This document shows positions 41,801-55,850 of a DNA stretch of 64,000 bases, in pieces. Origin of the DNA: Eledone cirrhosa (taxonomy: Eukaryota); the NCBI GenBank assembly GCA_964016885.1, contig OZ024758.1:39866001-39930000 (forward strand), written 5' to 3'. The notes under the pieces are model-generated. The model searched no databases. It saw nothing but the letters and a program-made list of their open reading frames with translations, and was not told the origin of the DNA. A program made the translations under genes and the position numbers. How positions within the stretch are numbered: the first letter of the stretch is position 1; each line of letters opens with the position of its first letter.

Positions 41801-44800
41801 CTTAGCTTAGGATAGCTTAGCTTAGCTTAGCTTAGCTTAGGATAGCTGAGCTTAGCTTAGGTAGCTTAGCTTAGCTTAGCTTAGGATAGCTTAGCTTAAC
41901 TTAGCTTAGGATAGCTTAGCTTAGCTTAGCTTAGGATAGCTTAGCTTAGCTTAGGATAGCTTAGCTTAGCTTAGCTTAGGTTAGCTTAGCTTAGCTTAGC
42001 TTAGGATAGCTTAGCTTAGCTTAGGATAGCTTAGCTTAGCTTACCTTAGGATAGCTTAGCTTAGCTTAGGATAGCTTAGCTTAGCTTAGGATAGCTTAGA
42101 TTAGCTTAGCTTAGGATAGCTTAGCTTAGCTTAGCTTAGGATAGCTTAGCTTAGCTTAGGATAGCTTAGCTTAGCTTAGCTTAGCTTAGGATAGCTTAGC
42201 TTAGCTTAGGATAGCTTAGCTTAGGATAGCTTAGCTTAGCTTAGGATAGCTTAGGATAGCTTAGCTTAGCTTAGCTTAGGATAGCTTAGCTTAGCTTAGG
42301 ATAGCTTAGCTTAGCTTAGCTTAGGATAGCTTAGCTTAGCTTAGGATATACTTTAGCTTAGCTTAGCTTAGGATAGCTTAGCTTAGCTTAGCTTAGGATA
42401 GCTTAGCTTAGGTTAGCTTAGCTTAGCTTAGGATAGCTTAACTTAGCTTAGCTCAGGATAGCTTAGCTTAGCTTAGCTTAGGATAGCTTAGCTTAGCTTA
42501 GGATAGCTTAGCTTAGCTTAGGATAGCTTAGCCTAGCTTAGCTTAGGATAGCTTAACGTAGCGTAGCTTAGGATAGCTTAGCTTAGGTTAGGATAGCTTA
42601 GCTTAGCTTAGGATAGCTTAGCTTAGCTTAGGATAGCTTAGCTTAGCTTAGCTTAGGATAGCTTAGCTTAGCTTAGCTTAGGATAGCTTAGCTTAGGATA
42701 GCTTAGCTTAGCTTAGCTTAGGTTAGCTTAGCTTAGCTTAGGATAGCTTAGCTTAGCTTAGCTTAGGATAGCTTAGCTTAGCTTAGGATAGCTTAGCTTA
42801 GCTTAGGATAGCTTAGCTTAGCTTAGCTTAGGATAGCTGAGATTAGCTTAGGATAGCTTAGCTTAGCTTAGGATAGCTTAGCTTAGCTTGGGATAGCTTA
42901 TCTTAGCTTAGGATAGCTTAGCTTAGCTTAGCTTAGGATAGCTTAGCTTAGCTTAGCTTAGGATAGCTTAGCTTAGCTTAGCTTAGGATAGCTTAGCTTA
43001 GCTTAGGATAGCTTAGCTTAGCTTAGCTTAGAATAGCTTAGCTTAGCTTAGGATAGCTTAGCTTAGCTTAGCTTAGGATAGCTTAGCTTAGCTTAGGATA
43101 GCTTAGCTTAGCTTAGCTTAGGATAGCTTAGCTTAGCTTAGCTTAGGATAGCTTAGCTTAGCTTAGGATAGCTTAGCTTAGCTTAGGATAGCTTAGCTTA
43201 GCTTAGCTTAGGATAGCTTAGCTTAGCTTAGCTTAGGATAGCTTAGCTTAGCTTAGGATAGCTTAGCTTAGCTTAGCTTAGGATAGCTTAACTTAGCTTA
43301 GGATAGCTTAACTTAGCTTAGCTTAGGATAGCTTAGCTTAGCTTAGCTTAGGACAGCTTAGCTTAGCTTAGGATAGCTTAGCTTAGCTTAGGATAGCTTA
43401 GCTTAGCTTAGCTTAGGATAGCTTAGCTTAGCTTAGCTTAGGATAGCTTAAGTTAGCTTAGCTTAGGATAGCTTAGCTTAGCTTAGCTTAGCTTAGGATA
43501 GCTTAGCTTAGCTTAGGATAGCTTAGCTTAGCTTAGGATAGCTTAGCTTAGCTTAGGATAGCTGAGCTTAGCTTAGGATAGCTTAGCTTAGCTTAGCTTA
43601 GGATAGCTTAACTTAGCTTAGCTTAGGATAGCTTAGCTTAGCTTAGCTTAGGATAGCTTAGCTTAGCTTAGGACAGCTTAGCTTAGCTTAGCTTAGGTTA
43701 GCTTAGCTTAGCTTAGCTTAGGATAGCTTAACTTAGCTTAGCTTAGGATAGCTTAGCTTAGCTTAGCTTAGGATAGCTTAGCTTAGCTTAGGATAACTTA
43801 GCTTAGCTTAGGATAGCTTAGCTTAGCTTAGGATAGCTTAGCTTAGCTTAGCTTAGGATAGCTTAGCTTAGCTTAGCTTAGGATAGCTTAGCTTAGCTTA
43901 GGATAGCTTAGCTTAGCTTAGCTTAGGTTAGCTTAGCTTAGCTTAGGATAGCTCAGCTTAGCTTAGCTTAGGATAGCTTAGCTTAGCTTAGCTTAGGATA
44001 GCTTAGCTTAGCTTAGGATAGCTTAGCTTAGATTAGCTTAGGATAGCTTAGCTTAGCTTAGGATAGCTTAGCTTAGCTTAGGATAGCTTAGCTTAGCTTA
44101 GCTTAGGATAGCTTAGCTTAGCTTAGCTTAGGATAGCTTAGGATAGCTTAGCTTAGGATAGATTAGGATAGCTTAGCTTAGGATAGCTTAAGATAGCTTA
44201 GCTTAGGATAGCTTAGGATAGCTTAGCTTAGCTTAGCTTAGGATAGCTTAGGATAGCTTAGCTTAGCTTAGGATAGCTTAGCTTAGCTTAGCTTAGGATA
44301 GCTTAGCTTAGCTTAGCTTAGGATAGCTTAGCTTAGCTTAGGATAGCTTAGCTTAGTTTAGCTTAGGATAGCTTAGCTTAGCTTAGGATAGCTTAGCTTA
44401 GCTTAGCTTAGGATAGCTTAGCTTAGCTTAGCTTAGGATAGCTTAGGATAGCATAGCTTAGGATAGCTTAGGATAGTTTAGCTTAGGATAGCTTAGCTTA
44501 GGATAGCTTAGCTTAGGATAGCTTAGGATAGCTTAGCTTAGGATAGCTTAGCTTAGGATAGCTTAGCTTAGGATAGCTTAGGATAGCTTAGCTTAGCTTA
44601 GCTTAGGATAGCTTAGCTTAGCTTAGCTTAGGATAGCTTAGCTTAGCTTAGCTTAGGATAGCTTAGCTTAGCTTAGCTTAGGATAGCTTAGGATAGCTTA
44701 GCTTAGGATAGCTTAGGATAGCTTAGCTTAGGATAGCTTAGCTTAGGATAGCTTAGGATAGCTTAGCTTAGGATAGCTTAGGATATCTTAGCTTAGGATA

Positions 44801-47800
44801 GCTTAGCTTAGCTTAGCTTAGGATAGCTTAGCTTAGCTTAGCTTAGGATAGCTTAGCTTAGCTTAGCTTAGGATAGCTTAGGATAGCTTAGCTTAGGATA
44901 GCTTAGGATAGCTTAGCTTAGGATAGCTTAGGATAGCTTAGCTTAGGATAGCTTAGGATAGCTTAGCTTAGCTTAGCTTAGGATAGCTTAGCTTAGGATA
45001 GCTTAGGATAACTTAGCTTAGGATAGCTTAGCTTAGGATGGCTTAGGATAGCTTAGCTTAGCTTAGCTTAGGATAGCTTAGCTTAGCTTAGCTTAGGATA
45101 GCTTAGCTTAGCTTAGGCTAGCTTAGCTTAGCTTAGTTTAGGATAGCTTAGCTTAGCTTAGCTTAGGATAGCTTAGCTTAGCGTAGCTTAGGATAGCTTA
45201 GCTTAGCTTAGCTTAGCTTAGCTTAGGATAGCTTAGCTTAGCTTAGCTTAGCTTAGGATAGCTTAGGATAGCTTAGCTTAGGATAGCTTAGGATAGCTTA
45301 GCTTAGGATAGCTTAGCTTAGGATAGCTTAGCTTAGGATAGCTTAGGATAGCTTAGCTTAGGATAGCTTAGCTTAGCTTAGCTTAGGATAGCTTAGCTTA
45401 GCTTAGCTTAGAATAGCTTAGCTTAGCTTAGCTTAGGATAGCTTAGCTTAGCTTAGGATAGCTTAGCTTAGCTTAGCTTAGGATAGCTTAGCTTAGCTTA
45501 GCTTTGGATAGCTTAGCTTAGCTTAGCTTAGGATAGCTTAGCTTAGCTTAGCTTAGGATAGCTTAGCTTAGCTTAGCTTAGGATAGCTTAGCTTAGCTTA
45601 GGATAGCTTAGCTTAGCTTAGCTTAGGATAGCTTAGCTTAGCTTAGCTTAGGATAGCTTAGCTTAGCTTAGCTTAGGATAGCTTAGCTTAGCTTAGCTTA
45701 GGATAGCTTAGGATAGCTTAGCTTAGGATAGCTTAGCTTAGCTTAGGATAGCTTAGCTTAGCTTAGCTTAGCTTAGGATAGCTGAGCTTAGCTTAGGTAG
45801 CTTAGCTTAGCTTAGCTTAGGATAGCTTAGCTTAACTTAGCTTAGGATAGCTTAGCTTAGCTTAGCTTAGGATAGCTTAGCTTAGCTTAGGATAGCTTAG
45901 CTTAGCTTAGCTTAGGTTAGCTTAGCTTAGCTTAGCTTAGGATAGCTTAGCTTAGCTTAGGATAGCTTAGCTTAGCTTACCTTAGGATAGCTTAGCTTAG
46001 CTTAGGATAGCTTAGCTTAGCTTAGGATAGCTTAGATTAGCTTAGCTTAGGATAGCTTAGCTTAGCTTAGCTTAGGATAGCTTAGCTTAGCTTAGGATAG
46101 CTTAGCTTAGCTTAGCTTAGCTTAGGATAGCTTAGCTTAGCTTAGGATAGCTTAGCTTAGCTTAGGATAGCTTAGCTTAGGATAGCTTAGCTTAGCTTAG
46201 GATAGCTTAGCTTAGCTTAGGATAGCTTAGCTTAGCTTAGCTTAGGATAGCTTAGCTTAGCTTAGCTTAGGATAGCTTAGCTTAGCTTAGCTTAGCTTAG
46301 GATATACTTTAGCTTAGCTTAGCTTAGGATAGCTTAGCTTAGCTTAGCTTAGGATAGCTTAGCTTAGGTTAGCTTAGCTTAGCTTAGCTTAGGATAGCTT
46401 AACTTAGCTTAGCTCAGGATAGCTTAGCTTAGCTTAGCTTAGGATAGCTTAGCTTAGCTTAGGATAGCTTAGCTTAGCTTAGGATAGCTTAGCCTAGCTT
46501 AGCTTAGGATAGCTTAACGTAGCGTAGCTTAGGATAGCTTAGCTTAGGTTAGGATAGCTTAGCTTAGCTTAGGATAGCTTAGCTTAGCTTAGGATAGCTT
46601 AGCTTAGCTTAGCTTAGGATAGCTTAGCTTAGCTTAGCTTAGGATAGCTTAGCTTAGGATAGCTTAGCTTAGCTTAGCTTAGGTTAGCTTAGCTTAGCTT
46701 AGGATAGCTTAGCTTAGCTTAGCTTAGGATAGCTTAGCTTAGCTTAGGATAGCTTAGCTTAGCTTAGGATAGCTTAGCTTAGCTTAGCTTAGGATAGCTG
46801 AGATTAGCTTAGGATAGCTTAGCTTAGCTTAGGATAGCTTAGCTTAGCTTGGGATAGCTTATCTTAGCTTAGGATAGCTTAGCTTAGCTTAGCTTAGGAT
46901 AGCTTAGCTTAGCTTAGCTTAGGATAGCTTAGCTTAGCTTAGCTTAGGATAGCTTAGCTTAGCTTAGGATAGCTTAGCTTAGCTTAGCTTAGGATAGCTT
47001 AGCTTAGCTTAGGATAGCTTAGCTTAGCTTAGCTTAGGATAGCTTAGCTTAGCTTAGGATAGCTTAGCTTAGCTTAGCTTAGGATAGCTTAGCTTAGCTT
47101 AGCTTAGGATAGCTTAGCTTAGCTTAGGATAGCTTAGCTTAGCTTAGGATAGCTTAGCTTAGCTTAGCTTAGGATAGCTTAGCTTAGCTTAGCTTAGGAT
47201 AGCTTAGCTTAGCTTAGGATAGCTTAGCTTAGCTTAGCTTAGGATAGCTTAACTTAGCTTAGGATAGCTTAACTTAGCTTAGCTTAGGATAGCTTAGCTT
47301 AGCTTAGCTTAGGACAGCTTAGCTTAGCTTAGGATAGCTTAGCTTAGCTTAGGATAGCTTAGCTTAGCTTAGCTTAGGATAGCTTAGCTTAGCTTAGCTT
47401 AGGATAGCTTAAGTTAGCTTAGCTTAGGATAGCTTAGCTTAGCTTAGCTTAGGATAGCTTAGCTTAGCTTAGGATAGCTTAGCTTAGCTTAGGATAGCTT
47501 AGCTTAGCTTAGGATAGCTGAGCTTAGCTTAGGATAGCTTAGCTTAGCTTAGCTTAGGATAGCTTAACTTAGCTTAGCTTAGGATAGCTTAGCTTAGCTT
47601 AGCTTAGGATAGCTTAGCTTAGCTTAGGACAGCTTAGCTTAGCTTAGCTTAGGTTAGCTTAGCTTAGCTTAGCTTAGGATAGCTTAACTTAGCTTAGCTT
47701 AGGATAGCTTAGCTTAGCTTAGCTTAGGATAGCTTAGCTTAGCTTAGGATAACTTAGCTTAGCTTAGGATAGCTTAGCTTAGCTTAGGATAGCTTAGCTT

Positions 47801-49881
47801 AGCTTAGCTTAGGATAGCTTAGCTTAGCTTAGCTTAGGATAGCTTAGCTTAGCTTAGGATAGCTTAGCTTAGCTTAGCTTAGGTTAGCTTAGCTTAGCTT
47901 AGGATAGCTCAGCTTAGCTTAGCTTAGGATAGCTTAGCTTAGCTTAGCTTAGGATAGCTTAGCTTAGCTTAGGATAGCTTAGCTTAGATTAGCTTAGGAT
48001 AGCTTAGCTTAGCTTAGGATAGCTTAGCTTAGCTTAGGATAGCTTAGCTTAGCTTAGCTTAGGATAGCTTAGCTTAGCTTAGCTTAGGATAGCTTAGGAT
48101 AGCTTAGCTTAGGATAGATTAGGATAGCTTAGCTTAGGATAGCTTAAGATAGCTTAGCTTAGGATAGCTTAGGATAGCTTAGCTTAGCTTAGCTTAGGAT
48201 AGCTTAGGATAGCTTAGCTTAGCTTAGGATAGCTTAGCTTAGCTTAGCTTAGGATAGCTTAGCTTAGCTTAGCTTAGGATAGCTTAGCTTAGCTTAGGAT
48301 AGCTTAGCTTAGTTTAGCTTAGGATAGCTTAGCTTAGCTTAGGATAGCTTAGCTTAGCTTAGCTTAGGATAGCTTAGCTTAGCTTAGCTTAGGATAGCTT
48401 AGGATAGCATAGCTTAGGATAGCTTAGGATAGTTTAGCTTAGGATAGCTTAGCTTAGGATAGCTTAGCTTAGGATAGCTTAGGATAGCTTAGCTTAGGAT
48501 AGCTTAGCTTAGGATAGCTTAGCTTAGGATAGCTTAGGATAGCTTAGCTTAGCTTAGCTTAGGATAGCTTAGCTTAGCTTAGCTTAGGATAGCTTAGCTT
48601 AGCTTAGCTTAGGATAGCTTAGCTTAGCTTAGCTTAGGATAGCTTAGGATAGCTTAGCTTAGGATAGCTTAGGATAGCTTAGCTTAGGATAGCTTAGCTT
48701 AGGATAGCTTAGGATAGCTTAGCTTAGGATAGCTTAGGATATCTTAGCTTAGGATAGCTTAGCTTAGCTTAGCTTAGGATAGCTTAGCTTAGCTTAGCTT
48801 AGGATAGCTTAGCTTAGCTTAGCTTAGGATAGCTTAGGATAGCTTAGCTTAGGATAGCTTAGGATAGCTTAGCTTAGGATAGCTTAGGATAGCTTAGCTT
48901 AGGATAGCTTAGGATAGCTTAGCTTAGCTTAGCTTAGGATAGCTTAGCTTAGGATAGCTTAGGATAACTTAGCTTAGGATAGCTTAGCTTAGGATGGCTT
49001 AGGATAGCTTAGCTTAGCTTAGCTTAGGATAGCTTAGCTTAGCTTAGCTTAGGATAGCTTAGCTTAGCTTAGGCTAGCTTAGCTTAGCTTAGTTTAGGAT
49101 AGCTTAGCTTAGCTTAGCTTAGGATAGCTTAGCTTAGCTTAGCTTAGGATAGCTTAGCTTAGCTTAGCTTAGGATAGCTTAGCTTAGCTTAGCTTAGGAT
49201 AGCTTAGGATAGCTTAGCTTAGGATAGCTTAGGATAGCTTAGCTTAGGATAGCTTAGCTTAGGATAGCTTAGCTTAGGATAGCTTAGGATAGCTTAGCTT
49301 AGGATAGCTTAGCTTAGCTTAGCTTAGGATAGCTTAGCTTAGCTTAGCTTAGAATAGCTTAGCTTAGCTTAGCTTAGGATAGCTTAGCTTAGCTTAGGAT
49401 AGCTTAGCTTAGCTTAGCTTAGGATAGCTTAGCTTAGCTTAGCTTTGGATAGCTTAGCTTAGCTTAGCTTAGGATAGCTTAGCTTAGCTTAGCTTAGGAT
49501 AGCTTAGCTTAGCTTAGCTTAGGATAGCTTAGCTTAGCTTAGGATAGCTTAGCTTAGCTTAGCTTAGGATAGCTTAGCTTAGCTTAGCTTAGGATAGCTT
49601 AGCTTAGCTTAGCTTAGGATAGCTTAGCTTAGCTTAGCTTAGGATAGCTTAGGATAGCTTAGCTTAGGATAGCTTAGCTTAGCTTAGGATAGCTTAGCTT
49701 AGCTTAGCTTAGGATGGCTTAGCTTAGCTTAGCTTAGGATAGCTTAGCTTAGCTTAGCTTAGGATAGCTTAGCTTAGCTTAGCTTAGGATAGCTTAGCTT
49801 AGCTTAGCTTAGGATAGCTTAGCTTAGCTTAGCTTAGGATAGCTTAGCTTAGCTTAGCTTAGGATAGCTTAGCTTAGCTTA
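29897..49881. repeat. ~20-kb pentamer-based satellite (AGCTT)1-6 AGGAT
   Basis: Direct reading. Highly homogeneous, no inserted elements seen, 5-bp phase broken only by rare indels. Confidence 0.99.
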
Positions 49882-50871
49882 TTGTCCAGAGAGTGAGATT
49901 GGTCCAGTACAAGGCCTTTCTGTCACCATTGTCCAGAGAGTGAGATTGGTCCAGTACAAGGCCTTTCTGTCACCATTGTCCAGAGAGTGAGATTGGTCCA
50001 GTACAAGGCCTTTCTGTCACCATTGTCCAGAGAGTGGGATTGGTCCATTACAAAACCTTTCTTGTAACCATTGTCCAGAGAGTGAGATTGGTCCAGTACA
50101 AGGCCTTTCTGTCACCATTGTCCAGAGAGTGAGATTGGTCCAGTACAAGGCCTTTCTGTCACCATTGTCCAGAGAGTGAGATTGGTCCAGTACAAGGCCT
50201 TTCTGTCACCATTGTCCAGAGAGTGAGATTGGTCCAGTACAAGGCCTTTCTGTCACCATTGTCCAGAGAGTGGGATTGGTCCATTACAAAACCTTTCTTG
50301 TAACCATTGTCCAGAGAGTGAGATTGGTCCAGTACAAGGCCTTTCTGTCACAATTGTCCAGAGAGTGAGATTGGTCCAGTACAAGGCCTTTCTGTCACCA
50401 TTGTCCAGAGAGTGAGATTGGTCCAGTACAAGGCCTTTCTGTCACCATTGTCCAGAGAGTGGGATTGGTCCATTACAAAACCTTTCTTGGCACCATTGTC
50501 CAGAGAGTGAGATTGGTCCATTGCAAGACCTTTCTTGTCACCATTGTCCAGAGAGTAGCATTGGTCCAGTGCAAGACCTTTCTTGTCACCATTGTCCAGA
50601 GAGTAGCATTGGTCCATTGCAAGACCTTTCTTGTCACCATTGTCCAGAGAGAGAGATTGGTCCATTACAAAACCTTTCTTGTCACCATTGTCCAGAGAGT
50701 AGCGTGGTCCAGTGCAAGACCTTTCTTGTCACCATTGTCCAGAGAGTAGCATTGGTCCATTGCAAAACCTTTCTTGTCACCATTGTCCAGAGAGTAGCAT
50801 TGGTCCAGTGCAAGACCTTTCTTGTCACCATTGTCCAGAGAGTAGCATTGGTCCAGTGCAAGACCTTTCTT
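49881..50871. repeat. 47/48-bp minisatellite (about 21 units)
   Basis: Unit attgtccagagagtgagattggtccagtacaaggcctttctgtcacc; 48-bp variants dominate the right half. Confidence 0.95.
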
Positions 50872-51056
50872 CAATCACAGACATCACTTGACCTAAACAA
50901 CTTTCACGTGTGTTGCCTTTTCTTTTTCTCTTTCACTGCAACATATGCAGAGAAGAATCTAAGTCCTTGGCATGGCTACAAAGCCATGTTCGTGCCACCC
51001 ATGTATGGGGTAAAGGTCAAGGGATGGCAAGTCTTGAACCCAAGATGCACCCATTC
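50872..51056 (+). mobile_element. RTE ORF C-terminal C2H2 finger remnant + 3' end
   Basis: [23 protein letters not shown], followed by atggcaagtcttgaacccaagatgcacccat, homologous to the 3' stem-loops at 56720-56752 and 57362-57396. Confidence 0.6.
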
Positions 51057-51150
51057 TATGTATGTATATATTTATGCATGTATGTATATACGTATGTATG
51101 TATGTATGCATGTATGTATACATATATATGTATGCTATTATGTGTATATA

Positions 51151-51216
<66 letters not shown>

Positions 51217-51282
51217 TATACGTATGTATGTATGTATATATGTATATGTATATACGTATGTACATATGTAAGCATCAGATAC

Positions 51283-51336
<54 letters not shown>

Positions 51337-51385
51337 GTATGTGCGTATGTGTATGTGTGTAAGTATGTGCGTATGTGTATGTGAG

Positions 51386-51416
<31 letters not shown>

Positions 51417-51651
51417 GTGTGTGAGGTGTGTGTGTGTGTGTGTAAGTATGTGCGTATGTGTATGTGTGTAAGTATGTGCGTATGTGTATGTGAGTATATA
51501 TATATATATTATATATATATATACATGTGTGTGAGGTGTGTGTGTGTGTGTGTGTGCGTGCGTGTGTGTGTGTGTGTGCGTGTGTGTGTATGTGTGTGTG
51601 TAAGTATGTGCGTATGTGTATGTGTGTAAGTATGTGCGTATGTGTATGTGA

Positions 51652-51691
<40 letters not shown>

Positions 51692-52003
51692 GTGTGTGTG
51701 TGTGCGTGCGTGTCCCAAAAAGTGATGTCATCTTGTGGATTGCTATCGTCAGCTCTATCCAGAAGTGACCAGTAACCACTGACTGGCCACCGAGTGACCA
51801 TTATAATTGTTCTCTCTACCCCGCCCCTCCACCAATGTACTCAACAGAACTATTAACGTTACACGTCAGTGGCGGCCTTGAGACGTCCTGGTCAAGGAAT
51901 TTCGGACAGTACTAACCTCTCACCCTCTACACCGCTCAAAGGTATAACTATCAATATGTGCGTATATATAGGTGTATATAATTATATGTATATACATATA
52001 TGG

Positions 52004-52249
<246 letters not shown>

Positions 52250-52263
52250 TATGTATATATATG

Positions 52264-52362
<99 letters not shown>

Positions 52363-52805
52363 ATAAATGAAGTAATTCCATCGGAAAAGTCCAGGAAAAA
52401 AGAGTGCTCTATGTAAGCAACATAGCTTAATTATTATTATTATGTAATAAACAACATAAGGCTTAATTTAAGCTTAATTAAAGCTTAATTAAAGCTTAAT
52501 TATTATTATTATGTAATAAACAACATAAGACTTTTGCTACGGCTTTTATTTTGCTGCTTCTACCTTCTGTACTCTTGTATTTAAAAAAAAAAATTTTTCT
52601 CCCTTACCTCCCCTTATATTTTTACCTCCTCTTAGCCCCCCCCCCCCATGTATTCTTTTTGTTTTGCCCTTCACATACCTATGTGTATGTGTATGTATTT
52701 TTGTGTGTATATATGTATATGTGTACGTATATGTTTGTGTATGTATATATATGTGTATGTATGTATGTATATGTATGTGTGTGTATATATGTGTATGTAT
52801 ATGTG

Positions 52806-52895
<90 letters not shown>

Positions 52896-52971
52896 CGTGT
52901 CTGTATGTGTGTATATATTTGTATATTTGTGTGTGTATATGTATGTATATGTGGATAAACCAGGGCTTTTT

Positions 52972-53029
52972 TTCATTCTGTAGATTGAAGGAAACTTTTT
53001 TTGCTTTTAAGAAACCTCTGGTGAATGGA
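52972..53029 (+). ncRNA. Degenerate hammerhead (CTGTAGA core, GTG triplet)
   Basis: Counterpart of 28101-28158. Confidence 0.68.
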
Positions 53030-53480
53030 TTAATTGCCTTGTATGGCTTTATTACTTTACTACTATATATACGTTTATGTAAGGTTCATTTGTCTTATCT
53101 AATACTGAGCTTTACACATACACACATGTATATGTGTGTGTGTATGTGTATGCATGTGTGTATGTGTACGTGTATGTGTGTATATATATATATATATTTA
53201 TATATATGTATGTGTATATATATATATATGTATGTGTATAAATGTATATGTGTATATGTATGTGTATGTATGTATATGTTGCGTGTGTTTTTATTTATTT
53301 TTATGCATGTGTGGGTTTGTGTGTGGGTGTGTGTGTGTGTATATATGTGTGTGTGTTTGTATTTGGTTGTGCGTTCTTTTGATATATACGTATTTGCATG
53401 TGTATAATTGTTTAGCTATGTATGTATATGTGTGTTTACGTATTTATATGTGTGTGTGCGTTTATATTTTTATATTTTTG

Positions 53481-53521
<41 letters not shown>

Positions 53522-54070
53522 GTGTGTGTGTGTGTATATAATTACATATACATATGTGTGTGTTTATATTGTATACGTGTACGTGTTTGCGTATGTATGT
53601 GTATGTACGTGTTTATGTATTTGTATATGTATATTTATGTGTGAGAGTGTGTGTATGTGTTTACTATTTCGAACGTATGTATATATGCTTATGTGTGTAT
53701 TACTTACCACGCGTGTCTGTCCTGTTAGCTGGGGCATGTATCGCTGTCAAATATTTGTTAATATTATTTATATATTTTTTTCTTATATTTATTTGCGTGT
53801 GTTAATATGTAGTGGAGTGCATTCATGTATGTGTATGTATGTACGTTGTATGTTTGTGTGAATGTATGTATATGTGTGTGTATATATATGTGTGTGTGTA
53901 TGTGTAGGCTTGTACACACACATGTGTGTGTGTGTGTATGTATATGTGTATATGTGTGTATATGTATGTATGTATATATATGTATATATATATATGTATA
54001 TATGTATGGATATATATATATGTATATATGTATGGATATGTACATGTGTATATATATGTGTGTGTGTATG

Positions 54071-54131
<61 letters not shown>

Positions 54132-54233
54132 ATGAATATATGTATGTGTATATGTGTGTATATATGTGTATGTGTGTGTAGGTGTACGCTCTTTATATAT
54201 ATATGTATATATATATACATATGTATATATATG

Positions 54234-54271
<38 letters not shown>

Positions 54272-54479
54272 GTGTGTATGTGTATATGTGTATGCGTGCA
54301 AATTATATGTGTATATATGTGTGTGTGTGTAAGTATGCTTTTGTGTTTTTTTGTGTGTGTTTGCATGTGTAGTTTTATTTTATTTTATTTTTCCTTTCCT
54401 TCTCCCTTTTCCAGCCTCACTTTCATATAGATTACATTTTTGTTTTTAGAATCCATATTCAATAAACAAACCAGGATTT

Positions 54480-54537
54480 TTCATTCTGAGGATTGAAAGC
54501 AAAACCTTTTGCTTTTAAGAAACCACTGGTAAATGGA
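54480..54537 (+). ncRNA. Type I hammerhead ribozyme (intact)
   Basis: Identical to 29351-29408. Confidence 0.85.
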
Positions 54538-54567
54538 ATAATTGCCTTATGTTGTTTATTACATAAT

Positions 54568-54613
<46 letters not shown>

Positions 54614-54641
54614 AGTGTAATTTTCTACACAAAACGAAGGT

Positions 54642-54704
54642 TATAGAGAAAATTGAGGTTGGTAATGGCACATGGAATATATGTGCCATTACCAACCTCA
54701 ATTT

Positions 54705-54712
<8 letters not shown>
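54642..54712. repeat. Perfect 32-bp hairpin with 7-nt loop inside (TA)n
   Basis: tatagagaaaattgaggttggtaatggcacat-ggaatat-atgtgccattaccaacctcaattttctctata. Confidence 0.95.
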
Positions 54713-54759
<47 letters not shown>

Positions 54760-54760
54760 T

Positions 54761-55555
<795 letters not shown>

Positions 55556-55769
55556 TAGATAGATAGATAGATAGATAACAAAGTGCGCACGCATATATGT
55601 AAACGAAACTTCCTCGTTTTTTCTATTATATACACCTTGCCTGTGCATAGAGTGGTTGATTTGGTACCAACACCCATATTTCACCGTACTACCTACACTA
55701 TACGAAGGAAGTGTGGTAAGGAACCAGGTGGGCCACAACGCACCAGAGTACTCAATACTTATGTATGTA

Positions 55770-55847
<78 letters not shown>

Positions 55848-55850
<3 letters not shown>

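Larger units (their letters stand above)
52367..54573 (+). mobile_element. Hammerhead-bearing PLE-type element, family 2, copy B
   Basis: Same tail (atgaagtaattcc...gagtgctctatgta) and same anchors (gtggataaaccaggg, ttacttaccacgcgtgtctgtcc, ccagcctcactttcatatag) as 27333-29442, with a short duplicated inverted arm. Confidence 0.85.

Noticed and set aside
29897-49881. True telomere
   Set aside because: Internal position with ordinary DNA on both sides, and no TTAGGG runs.
50348-50874. 16-aa repeat ORFs ([16 protein letters not shown])
   Set aside because: By-product of 48-bp units; 47-bp units break the frame.
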